Assembly: GCA_001563335.1 (NCBI GenBank)
Contig: LRSL01000098.1
Span: 1 to 38,520 of the forward strand
From: Candidatus Thorarchaeota archaeon SMTZ1-45
Lineage (GTDB): Archaea > Asgardarchaeota > Thorarchaeia > Thorarchaeales > Thorarchaeaceae
Direction of reading: 5' to 3'
DNA length: 38,520 nucleotides
Below are positions 9,811-18,083 of this stretch, piece after piece. The stretch's first letter is position 1. Each line of letters opens with the position of its first letter. Position numbers and translations under genes: made by a program. Under the pieces are notes generated by a model. The model was not told the origin of the DNA, did no database searches, and saw nothing but the letters and a program-made list of their open reading frames with translations.

Positions 9811-11943
9811 GTGAAGGAACGCCTTGTAAAAGCATTATTAGTTGGATTACTTGTACTTACTATAATTCAGATGCAACCTTTTAGCAATGCAACTAGTATT
9901 CCAAGCGCTAATCCAAATTTAGACAGTGTATATGTTGATGTTGTAGTAATGCCCAATGGCAGAATAAATGTAACTTACTGGATGACCTTTACTGCAGCTG
10001 AAGGAGGTCTAGGAGGATTCGATCTTCTAGGAATTCAAGAATCAACAATACGTGATAGTAGTCGTTCATATGCTGAGTGGGGTGGCAGTCGCTATGATCT
10101 CTTGGTCACTACTCTTCCAGATGGTTATGGCTTAGATTGGGTTCCTCGAACTCCAGAAGGAGAACAAGTTCTTGTTGTGTTTGGTTACTTCAGTACGAAC
10201 CGTGTTATTGAGTTAACGACATCACCAACCTATGGCAACCTTGGAGTTTTCAACTGGGCACCTGTTCAATGGAACATCCCTATTGACTATGAGTCTGTAC
10301 AGGTGATTTATCCGATCGAAATGAACTCAACTTGGATAGAACCAACTCATGGAGTAACGCCTGAGGGGGCTGAATATGCAGGATATATTGAAGATGCTAA
10401 CCAAGGGTTATGGCAGGGTGCATCCCAAATTGCCTTTGAGGAAGAGAATCTTCTTGCGTATCCCTATGACGCTGCCGCAGATCCCCGCTACTTCACTGTG
10501 AGTCTTGGTCACTCAACCATAGCTGCGTATAGCCATTTCAGAGTCTTTCACTACACTAATTGGAGTTTCTATGAGCCATTTTTTGAAGATGGAGCTCTTG
10601 GTATTGATTATTCACCAATAATCAATGCTCAAGCAAATATTCAGTTTAGCTTACAGCTTGCGGTTTATAACTACGGCGATGCTGATCTTGAAGATGTGAC
10701 GATAGCAATGTCACTTCCTGAAAACCTTACACTTACATCTGGTTCAGTAACGACATTTATTGGAGACCTCTCTGGTGGAGAAACAAGGTTTGAGTCATAC
10801 TCGCTAATTCCTGCGAATTTGCCTGCTATTCTAACAATCGCATTTCAAGTCAGTGCTTCAAATCTGAACTCTTCAGAGTGGCTAACCTTTACGGTTGATG
10901 TATATGTTCAGGAGTATATCCCTCCACTGATTCCACCGAATCTATTGTTTGGTGGAGTTGCTATCTTTGTGTCGATTGGTTTCATCTTCTACGGATATAG
11001 ACGAGTAACTCGTACCTATGGTGCAAAATGGGAGGCTGATGATACAACCTATGTTTATGAGAGTCCTGAAATATCAATACAGACATTTGGAGAACCAGGA
11101 ACCATTGCAGATTTGGACCCCATTGAATCTGCTTTCTTCATCAACACAACAAGGCAAAAGCTCGTTTCAATGATACTCATATCTTGTGTCAAAAAAGGGG
11201 CAGTTCGAGTATTATCAACTGATCCACTAAAGCTCTCCGTCACAGGTCTTCAATTCCAAGATTTGACTTATTATGAGGAACTTTTTGTCGCTGCAATAGT
11301 GGATGATGAACTGGATCCGGATAAGATTGATGATATGCTTGAAGAATTGGCTGAGCAGGTACAAGAGAAGGCTTGGAGCGCAGATTTTGAGGCAACGAAG
11401 GCCAAGCATGATGAGATGGTTGATGGTGCTTGGGAAGAATTGGAGTCTTATCCCACTTTGGATGGAAGAATGGATTATTACTTCAACCGTCAGTATCATG
11501 GAGGTGGTTGGGCATGGTACTGGTTGTATATGCATCCACGGCACGACCATATTAGAGATGTCTTCACAAAACCAGGACCTTCGATATCTCCTCCACAAGT
11601 TCCTGATTGGTTCTCTCAGCTCTCAGAAACAACTGGTCATGCAGTTAGTGGAGTTGGTCGAGTGGTTGGTGATGTGGCTACAACAACTGGTCAGATAATG
11701 AACAATGTAGCTAACACTATTGGTAGCGTTTTACAAGGAGTAGGAGATATAATCACAGCACCCCTTAAACCTCTGATCGAAAGTACAAGTAGGTGTGTTT
11801 CCCACGATGCCTGCCATAGCGCTTGTGTATCTCATGATGCTTGTCATAGTGCTTGTCACAGTGCCTGCCATAGCGCTTGTGTATGTCATAGTGCCTGTCA
11901 CAGCGCTTGCCATAGCGCCTGTGTTTCTGGAGGTTTCAGGTAA
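9811..11943 (+). CDS. Single-pass membrane protein (DUF2207-like plus Ig-like ectodomain) with a C-terminal Cys/His repeat tail
   Basis: Signal peptide, beta-rich ectodomain, Ig-like segment (VYNYGDADLEDVTI..LPENL), TM LLFGGVAIFVSIGFIFYGY followed by RR, cytoplasmic helical region, then CHSA repeats ending SGGFR. GTG start after gagagga. Confidence 0.85.
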   Translation: MKERLVKALLVGLLVLTIIQMQPFSNATSIPSANPNLDSVYVDVVVMPNGRINVTYWMTFTAAEGGLGGFDLLGIQESTIRDSSRSYAEWGGSRYDLLVTTLPDGYGLDWVPRTPEGEQVLVVFGYFSTNRVIELTTSPTYGNLGVFNWAPVQWNIPIDYESVQVIYPIEMNSTWIEPTHGVTPEGAEYAGYIEDANQGLWQGASQIAFEEENLLAYPYDAAADPRYFTVSLGHSTIAAYSHFRVFHYTNWSFYEPFFEDGALGIDYSPIINAQANIQFSLQLAVYNYGDADLEDVTIAMSLPENLTLTSGSVTTFIGDLSGGETRFESYSLIPANLPAILTIAFQVSASNLNSSEWLTFTVDVYVQEYIPPLIPPNLLFGGVAIFVSIGFIFYGYRRVTRTYGAKWEADDTTYVYESPEISIQTFGEPGTIADLDPIESAFFINTTRQKLVSMILISCVKKGAVRVLSTDPLKLSVTGLQFQDLTYYEELFVAAIVDDELDPDKIDDMLEELAEQVQEKAWSADFEATKAKHDEMVDGAWEELESYPTLDGRMDYYFNRQYHGGGWAWYWLYMHPRHDHIRDVFTKPGPSISPPQVPDWFSQLSETTGHAVSGVGRVVGDVATTTGQIMNNVANTIGSVLQGVGDIITAPLKPLIESTSRCVSHDACHSACVSHDACHSACHSACHSACVCHSACHSACHSACVSGGFR
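11794..11943 (+). repeat. Coding tandem repeat: (CHSA)x7, (CVSHDA)x2
   Basis: 12-nt unit tgYcaYagYgcY varying only at synonymous positions. Encodes CVSHDACHSACVSHDACHSACHSACHSACVCHSACHSACHSACVSGGFR. Confidence 0.95.
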
Positions 11944-12699
11944 TTGACAGAACCATTCGCTACGATTTTCCATGTTAGTGACATTCACATTGGTGAAAGT
12001 GGTGTTACGGTTAAGGATCTCGAGAAAGCTATCAATTTGATTGAAGAAACCGCTGCAAACTCTCCTTCTCCTTTATTATTAGTGACTGGAGATTTAACCA
12101 CTGAAGGTCTCAGGGAGGAGTATGAAGGAGCTGCATCTGTATTGAATGAGGTCAGCATTCCCAAGGTGTTAATCCCCGGGAATCATGATGAGCGAAATTA
12201 TGGCTCTGTTATTTTTGAAGAGTTTTTTGGAGACCGTTTCAAGACATACGAGTCTGAGTATCTAGCAATTTTTGCCGCAGATAGTGCTGAACCGGACAAT
12301 GACGCAGGTCATGTTGGTAGAGTCAAGTATAATGAGATTAGAGACTTCTTCAATCAGGCAAAGAATAAGGTTAAGGTATTTGCCCTTCATCATCATTTAA
12401 TTGCAGTTCCACATACTGGGCGAGAACATAATGTTGTTGAGGATGCAGGGGATGTTCTTGGAGTTCTAAACAATTCAGGATGCTCTCTGGTACTTAATGG
12501 TCACCGTCATGTCCCTTGGATGTGGCAACTGGGTGAGATGGTCCTTTATAACACTGGGACACTACTTTCTCGACGAGTTCGCGGGGCAATGACTCAACTA
12601 CATACAGAGATTTCCATCAGCGAAGATCAAGTAAGATTTATTCTACGCTATAAAGATGGTAGTGAGCGATTATTCACTCAATCCCGGTTACGAATATAA
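11944..12699 (+). CDS. Calcineurin-like metallophosphoesterase (Icc/CpdA-like)
   Basis: SDIHIG, TGDLT, PGNHD, LHHH and NGHRH. The TTG start directly abuts the upstream TAA. Confidence 0.9.
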   Translation: MTEPFATIFHVSDIHIGESGVTVKDLEKAINLIEETAANSPSPLLLVTGDLTTEGLREEYEGAASVLNEVSIPKVLIPGNHDERNYGSVIFEEFFGDRFKTYESEYLAIFAADSAEPDNDAGHVGRVKYNEIRDFFNQAKNKVKVFALHHHLIAVPHTGREHNVVEDAGDVLGVLNNSGCSLVLNGHRHVPWMWQLGEMVLYNTGTLLSRRVRGAMTQLHTEISISEDQVRFILRYKDGSERLFTQSRLRI

Positions 12700-12707
12700 G
12701 AATCTGA

Positions 12708-12729
12708 AGTGAATAGAAAAGTGTTCACT
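12708..12729. terminator. Weak hairpin at a convergent gene junction
   Basis: agtgaata-gaaaag-tgttcact (8 bp with one G-U). Confidence 0.3.
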
Positions 12730-13081
12730 AATATTCAGAAAAGAACCAAACGATATCGACCGAGGACACATTTGCCAAGGATACTATTGAACTTACAACT
12801 CCTCGAACGACAACAACTGAATTCAATGTTGATGCACCAGTCCATTCGATAAGAACGAAATTTAGTCCATCTGATATTGTGATTACATTTCCAACACGAA
12901 GAGTTACCTCTCCCTTTACAGCAACGGCAGTACCTATTGGTACTAGTCCGTCATTGATATCATTTATACTTGTAAGCCCAATTAGTCCATCATGCCATGC
13001 GATAATACCTACTGTGACAATAGCAATGACAAGTAGGACCAATGCTATCTTTGCAACAGACTTTCCTTTCTTTTTTGGCAT
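12728..13081 (-). CDS. Small membrane-anchored OB-fold protein
   Basis: Basic N-terminus plus TM, then SINDI..GTAVAVKGEVT...ITISDG...VVVRGVV. Confidence 0.65.
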   Translation of the reverse strand: MPKKKGKSVAKIALVLLVIAIVTVGIIAWHDGLIGLTSINDINDGLVPIGTAVAVKGEVTLRVGNVITISDGLNFVLIEWTGASTLNSVVVVRGVVSSIVSLANVSSVDIVWFFSEY

Positions 13082-13181
13082 GCTATTCCACCTGATATAG
13101 TAGGTATAATCAAACTAAAGAGTATGACGGCTTAAAAAGGAAACACTTTAGGTGGGCTTGCTATTTCCAGAAACGGTTGCG

Positions 13182-14402
13182 ATGAATGTATCAGAGAGAT
13201 TTTTGACAATTGCTGGAGAAATTGGGGCGTTTACAGAACGATTGACTGGTGTAAGTATTGTTGATGCATATTTTGGCCCTAAAGAGATGGATCCAAAAAA
13301 GATGAACGGAGAAAAATCTGCATCAGACATCAGACATGAAATCCATATTGCTTTTGATGCTATGCGAGATGAGATTAAAGATCCTTTACGTCTTGAATAC
13401 TTGATGGGCGAGTTACATTCATTGAACATGGTCGTTGATTGGTTAGATGGAACTGGGCTTTCTTACTCTGAACTTGTGGAAGGGCTCTTTCATATCTCAA
13501 TGAAGAAATTCACAGAGGCTGAGATTGAGAAGAGTATAGAGCTTGTTGATGATGTGCTTGAGGGTTTCCCTGGCGATGATCTCCATGATAAGATTACTAG
13601 GTTTGGAAAAGAGGGGGAAATTACTGGTGATGCTCTTCAAAGTCTACTTGAAGATGAACTACAACAACGTGCACTAGAAATCGGTCAAGAGTTCCGGAAT
13701 AAAATTTTCACACTCCTTGGTGCATCCGTACCTGACAAGGGTGTTCAATATGAAGCTGTCAGGAATCAACCTTGGGGTGGATATAATTGGTATCTTGGTG
13801 AGTTCAAATCATTGAATCAATTCAATATAGACCGGAAATTCAATAGAGATACCTTGCAGTCAACGATCTACCACGAATATGAACATCACGTTTCAAACTT
13901 ATGGCGAGAGAAAGCATATCTTAAGACTGGTAATCTTGAGTTGTCCATTGTCCTTCTGCATACTGGTAGATGTGTTATCTCAGAAGGAACTGCTGATACT
14001 GCAAAAGAATTCCTTGGAGTTTCAGAAGATGATCCTAGAATGATTGTATTGAATGCATTATATCCCCTCCGAAGGATGACTCAAATTAACGCTGCACTAC
14101 TTCTAAATGATGAAAGAAAATCAGTTGAAGAAGCAATAGATTATCTTCAACATAGAGGGTACAGGACTCAGGAAGCTGCAGAAGGAGCAATAGATTTCAT
14201 TTCTCCAACAACCAAAGAGGGAAAAATCAACCTCTTCGCACCCTACATATTCACTTACTTCACTGGACGTATGAACTTTGTGTATCCTACTTTTCTTCAA
14301 GCTGTCGATAGGGATGTACTTCCTGAATTCTTCAAGACAATCTATATGAATCCTTATTCAGGTTCAAGTGTAACATGGAACAAGGCATTCGAATGGATGT
14401 AG
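13182..14402 (+). CDS. DUF885-like putative zinc metallopeptidase
   Basis: VDAYFGP, WGGYNWYLG, HEYEH (HExxH), downstream SEGTA and YIFTYFTG. Start at 13152 or 13182. Confidence 0.65.
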   Translation: MNVSERFLTIAGEIGAFTERLTGVSIVDAYFGPKEMDPKKMNGEKSASDIRHEIHIAFDAMRDEIKDPLRLEYLMGELHSLNMVVDWLDGTGLSYSELVEGLFHISMKKFTEAEIEKSIELVDDVLEGFPGDDLHDKITRFGKEGEITGDALQSLLEDELQQRALEIGQEFRNKIFTLLGASVPDKGVQYEAVRNQPWGGYNWYLGEFKSLNQFNIDRKFNRDTLQSTIYHEYEHHVSNLWREKAYLKTGNLELSIVLLHTGRCVISEGTADTAKEFLGVSEDDPRMIVLNALYPLRRMTQINAALLLNDERKSVEEAIDYLQHRGYRTQEAAEGAIDFISPTTKEGKINLFAPYIFTYFTGRMNFVYPTFLQAVDRDVLPEFFKTIYMNPYSGSSVTWNKAFEWM

Positions 14403-14423
14403 CTTAGAAATCGGGTATTCCGA

Positions 14424-14654
14424 GTGGTATCGTCGAAGAAGAAAAAACCTGGTAATGGAAGAAGAAGACAATTCAAAGAGATATTTTGTGCATCTGAATT
14501 GATCTTACTATTCCTTGTTTGGATTCTGAATGATTATTTTCAAGCTACAATAGGTGAGTTACTGGCATTTTACTTGATAGGGTCCCTAATAGTAATCTTG
14601 ATACTTCGGGCTATTAATCGCCAAGCTGCTGAGCACGCCATGGAAAGCAATTAA
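14424..14654 (+). CDS. Small two-TM membrane protein
   Basis: Basic N-terminus then two hydrophobic helices; lies 21 nt after the previous gene. Confidence 0.6.
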   Translation: MVSSKKKKPGNGRRRQFKEIFCASELILLFLVWILNDYFQATIGELLAFYLIGSLIVILILRAINRQAAEHAMESN

Positions 14655-14685
14655 CGTGTTTTCTAGATTCCAGAAAAATGAAAGA

Positions 14686-14712
14686 TGTGTGATGGAGTTG
14701 AACCATCACACA
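14686..14712. terminator. Perfect 10-bp hairpin between convergent genes
   Basis: tgtgtgatgg-agttgaa-ccatcacaca, followed by gatttttg and preceded by an A-rich run. Confidence 0.55.
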
Positions 14713-14722
14713 GATTTTTGAA

Positions 14723-16096
14723 CTACTCTCCACTTTGTTGGGCTCTACTGTAGGCTCGGTCCAGCTCCTGATTCAGAGAGGCTGGAATGGCTGTCTTACC
14801 AGTTATGTCACCTTCCTTTCGTCTGATGAAGACGTAGAGTAATGTGACATATACGATATCGAATGTCCGTAAAACAAGAGTGCTAGGAATGGATGCAAAA
14901 ACTACGAATACAATCGTTACTATAATTGTCGTGAAGATATCCCCTGCGGAATATATCCATCCAAACAAAGCTCCAAATGCTGCAAAACCAAAGAAAATCA
15001 TGAATGCCAAAACACCGAAGCCCCATCTTACTGCAGTTTCTTTAATCAGCACATCAACGAAGTTCTTGCGGACCAAACCAGCACTTCGTTTAATTGCTTT
15101 TGTCGCACTCAACTCTTCTGCAACCATGGCTGGGATTGTAAAGTAGTTGACAAGTGCCCATACCCATCCAATGATACCTTCTGCAGCATATCCAACACCT
15201 CTGCCAATTGCACTCTGAGACCTCTGTGCTGCTCCCCTTATGATCATCCTTACAATTGCTATAATTACGCTCATGATGCTTAGCACCACAAGTGCGCCAA
15301 GTACTCCAAGAGAAGACCTCACACCATCCCCAAGAGTTGGGTCACGACCACGCATGTAAATGTACGTAATTGCAGATGTAGTTGAATATGCGAAATTGTA
15401 GAAGAAGATTACAACAAAGAGATACACAACAATGCCTATAGCATATGGCCAGTCTGTTTCAAGAACAAACTCATAACCTGGTGCAAGAACTTGAGGCATG
15501 AAATATACTAGTATTGCTGCGAATAGAACTGCTGAAACTAATGTGAAAATCATAGTCAGCAATGGTGGGACAAAGGTTCCTTTTTCATCTAGAGTGACCT
15601 GCCCTGTCAGTTTTATTATCTCCCCAGCTCTTCTGACTCGATCTCTAAATACTGTAAACAGAAGAAGTGTTAGAAATAATGTGAACAGACCTGGTATCAT
15701 TACAGGCCACCATATACCAATTTGTGATATTGGAAAGGTTCCTGTTAAAACCAAGAAGATAATTAATCCCCAGGTCAAGATGTTCATAACGAACGCACCA
15801 ATGGTGATTAGTGTTCCACCAAATCGCCGTGCAGCGAGAGAAGCAAGTAGACCCATTGCTAAACTCATTCCAAATATGCCAAGAAGCCCAGCACCTATCA
15901 ACCACATATTACCTGCTAGAAATGGCAAGAAACTAGTGATAATCCCAGTTATGTCATACATTATCCAAAGGTTCCAGACTGCATATACTCCAAATGCTAT
16001 GAAACCTCCAAAGACAATGAGGAGACCTGCAATTGCTCCTTTATGGCTTGGAAATTTCTGCTTTTCATGATACTCATAAATGTCAGTAACTGTCAT
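14723..16096 (-). CDS. Polytopic membrane protein, choline transporter-like (CTL/SLC44)/DUF6159-like
   Basis: About 9-10 hydrophobic helices; RDRVRRAGEIIKLTGQV, NYFTIPAMVAEELSATKAIKRSAGLVRKN and DIVYVTLLYVF. ATG near 16096 follows ggaggag. Confidence 0.7.
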   Translation of the reverse strand: MTVTDIYEYHEKQKFPSHKGAIAGLLIVFGGFIAFGVYAVWNLWIMYDITGIITSFLPFLAGNMWLIGAGLLGIFGMSLAMGLLASLAARRFGGTLITIGAFVMNILTWGLIIFLVLTGTFPISQIGIWWPVMIPGLFTLFLTLLLFTVFRDRVRRAGEIIKLTGQVTLDEKGTFVPPLLTMIFTLVSAVLFAAILVYFMPQVLAPGYEFVLETDWPYAIGIVVYLFVVIFFYNFAYSTTSAITYIYMRGRDPTLGDGVRSSLGVLGALVVLSIMSVIIAIVRMIIRGAAQRSQSAIGRGVGYAAEGIIGWVWALVNYFTIPAMVAEELSATKAIKRSAGLVRKNFVDVLIKETAVRWGFGVLAFMIFFGFAAFGALFGWIYSAGDIFTTIIVTIVFVVFASIPSTLVLRTFDIVYVTLLYVFIRRKEGDITGKTAIPASLNQELDRAYSRAQQSGE

Positions 16097-16215
16097 GTCG
16101 ACTCTCCTCCAAAATAATGAACATTGCATTTTATTTGGATGAACATGAAATTAAATCTATGCCCATATGGACCAAAACACAAGTTAATTATAATGAGCAT
16201 ACATCCTGAATTTGC

Positions 16216-16689
16216 ATGGAAAATATACTCTATTGTGCACCTGGACATATCTTTTGCAGTGCAAACAAAATATTGCTGGCTGTTGATGGCAGTGAGGGAT
16301 CTTCACGAGCAGCGACTGTTGCTTTCGAAGTGGCTGAGATGACAAATTCGAAACTGTACATCATTCACGTGATTCCTACGCCTGTTGTGAAGCAATTTTC
16401 GCTGATGTCAGATGTAAATCTTGATGATGTTCTCCACAAATACGAGGACAAGGGGAAAAAACTGCTTGATGGAACTAAGAAAGCTGCTGATGATTACAAA
16501 ATCGAAATAGAGCTGATACTTGAGAAGGGATCTCCAGCAGAGAGGATTATCTATCAAGGAAAAGAACTCGGAGTAGACCTCATAGTCATCGGTTCTGAAG
16601 GTGCAGAGGGTGCACGCCGTTCTGGTCTCGGAAGCTCTGCAGAACGAGTAGTGATTGGTTCTTCGAGTCCTGTTCTTGTTGTGAAATGA
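16216..16689 (+). CDS. Universal stress protein (UspA family)
   Basis: KILLAVDGSEGS, GSPAERI, DLIVIGSEG, LGSSAERVV and PVLVVK. Confidence 0.93.
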   Translation: MENILYCAPGHIFCSANKILLAVDGSEGSSRAATVAFEVAEMTNSKLYIIHVIPTPVVKQFSLMSDVNLDDVLHKYEDKGKKLLDGTKKAADDYKIEIELILEKGSPAERIIYQGKELGVDLIVIGSEGAEGARRSGLGSSAERVVIGSSSPVLVVK

Positions 16690-16721
16690 CCTGTGCATTA
16701 GGATCTTAAGCAATTCTCAAA

Positions 16722-17015
16722 TTAGATGCCAAAAGGTAACATTGGTATTTCGTTGTCTTCATCCAACTCTCTGACCATCCGAAATACACCTCTAACTGTA
16801 AGGAGTTCCCAAGCGGGCTTTGCATAGGCAATAGCAATTTCTTTTGCTCTCTCCGGTGGGATTCCATACTCTCTCAATGTTGTATAGAAGGTCTTGGCAC
16901 CTTTTTTGACTTCATTCCGACCTTTACGAAGTGACCACCAGACTTTGAACAGGAGTTTTGATCCACCACCTATTGCAGTACCTGTAATGGAGGCTATGGA
17001 TCTCGCAGTTCCCAA
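16722..17015 (-). CDS. Conserved hypothetical protein (97 aa)
   Basis: Abuts the upstream gene (2 nt gap) and shares an FY..L...GIP...A motif with it. Confidence 0.65.
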   Translation of the reverse strand: MGTARSIASITGTAIGGGSKLLFKVWWSLRKGRNEVKKGAKTFYTTLREYGIPPERAKEIAIAYAKPAWELLTVRGVFRMVRELDEDNEIPMLPFGI

Positions 17016-17017
17016 TT

Positions 17018-17416
17018 CTATTCGAACTCCTCGTCATTCTCCTCTTCATAATTTTCTGAGTGTCTTCGTTTCTTTTTTTTGCCACCAATTTCTATCGTAG
17101 CTTCATCGCCAACCATGCTCATGAGCTTAGTGAAGTCAAGAGCTCCAACAAATTTCTTGGTCATGTCTAAAGCCACATCTTCTGGGATTCCCTCAGCGAT
17201 AAGATTGCTATAGAACTTCCCAATTCCTGCAGCCATGTTGCCTGCTGCTTCAGGACTGTAAACACTATTAATTAAACCTGAAATGAGCTTTGGGATTGCA
17301 TCATTTAAAGCACCAAAAAGTTCAGGCAGAGCTTCTGCAACTTCCTTTAGTTCCTCTGCATCACTCTTTTCATGTCTTCTTCTTTTCTTAGATGCTTCAG
17401 AGTAATCGTCACTCAA
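17018..17416 (-). CDS. Conserved archaeal hypothetical helical protein
   Basis: IPKLISGLINSVYSPEAAGNMAAGIGKFYSNLIAEGIPEDVALDMT with an acidic tail. TTG 17416 is the likely start. Confidence 0.7.
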   Translation of the reverse strand: MSDDYSEASKKRRRHEKSDAEELKEVAEALPELFGALNDAIPKLISGLINSVYSPEAAGNMAAGIGKFYSNLIAEGIPEDVALDMTKKFVGALDFTKLMSMVGDEATIEIGGKKKKRRHSENYEEENDEEFE

Positions 17417-17444
17417 TTTGTTTTTCACCAAGTATAATATAGAC

Positions 17445-17482
17445 TGGTCACTGACTATATATAAAGTGGAAAAAAGTGACCA
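17445..17482. promoter_or_regulatory. Inverted repeat flanking a TATA-like box (candidate operator)
   Basis: tggtcact (17445-17452) and agtgacca (17475-17482) flank tatatataaag (TTTATATA on the minus strand), upstream of 17416. Confidence 0.5.
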
Positions 17483-17498
17483 CTTCAAAGTAATTATC

Positions 17499-17981
17499 TT
17501 AGTCTCTCACCAGTGTGAAGTATCTTGCTCTTTCATCCTCATCCTCAATAACTTGGAGAATGCCACGTTTAACGAGTGTGTTCACTCTTTCTCGTATGAT
17601 TCTCCTAGAGGCTGTTCCTCGCTCAGCTCTCACTGATGTTGTTATTTGGCTTATATTGAGAGGTCGAGAGTTGTCAAGAATTTGAATTATCCTCCAGCTT
17701 ATATCGTTCTTCTTCAAATCCCCATATCTTGATTCCAATCTCTCAGCTTTAGTGAATTTGCTCATCAATCGTACCATTCCATCATAAAATTCGAAGCCTT
17801 CTCTGATGACTTTAGCTGAAGATCGTACTTCCTCAATACCTGGGCCAACTCTCTCAATAAGCTCCTCTAATCTGGCCAATCTCTCTGAAATCTCATTTAA
17901 TCTATCTTGCACTTCCTCTATAGTCAGGTCTGGTTTTTCACTCTTGTTCCGCGTGGATTTCTTTTTCCTAGCATCTGTCAA
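17499..17981 (-). CDS. Coiled-coil plus winged HTH transcriptional regulator
   Basis: Heptad segment VQDRLNEISERLARLEELI, then IIQILD..PLNISQIT...ASRRIIRERVNTLVKRGIL. Confidence 0.75.
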   Translation of the reverse strand: MTDARKKKSTRNKSEKPDLTIEEVQDRLNEISERLARLEELIERVGPGIEEVRSSAKVIREGFEFYDGMVRLMSKFTKAERLESRYGDLKKNDISWRIIQILDNSRPLNISQITTSVRAERGTASRRIIRERVNTLVKRGILQVIEDEDERARYFTLVRD

Positions 17982-18083
17982 GGAAGTGTCGCCATTCTGA
18001 AATCGATAGCAGAAAGTGATAAGTTTGACGAAGACCGCCCAATACTAGATATCCTGAAGAAGATTTCATGACATAGAACAAGT

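Noticed and set aside
11794-11943. CHSA repeat as a CRISPR array or multiheme cytochrome motifs
   Set aside because: The 12-nt in-frame units have no spacers. Spacing is CxxxCH or CxCH, not CxxCH.
11731-11988. 85-aa minus-strand ORF with Thr/Ser/Met repeats as a separate RiPP precursor
   Set aside because: It is the antisense shadow of the repeat; the variation is synonymous only in the plus frame.
15498-16070. Long antisense ORFs (also 18734-19273, 37890-38420, 34156-34557 and similar)
   Set aside because: They are shadows of well-supported genes on the opposite strand.
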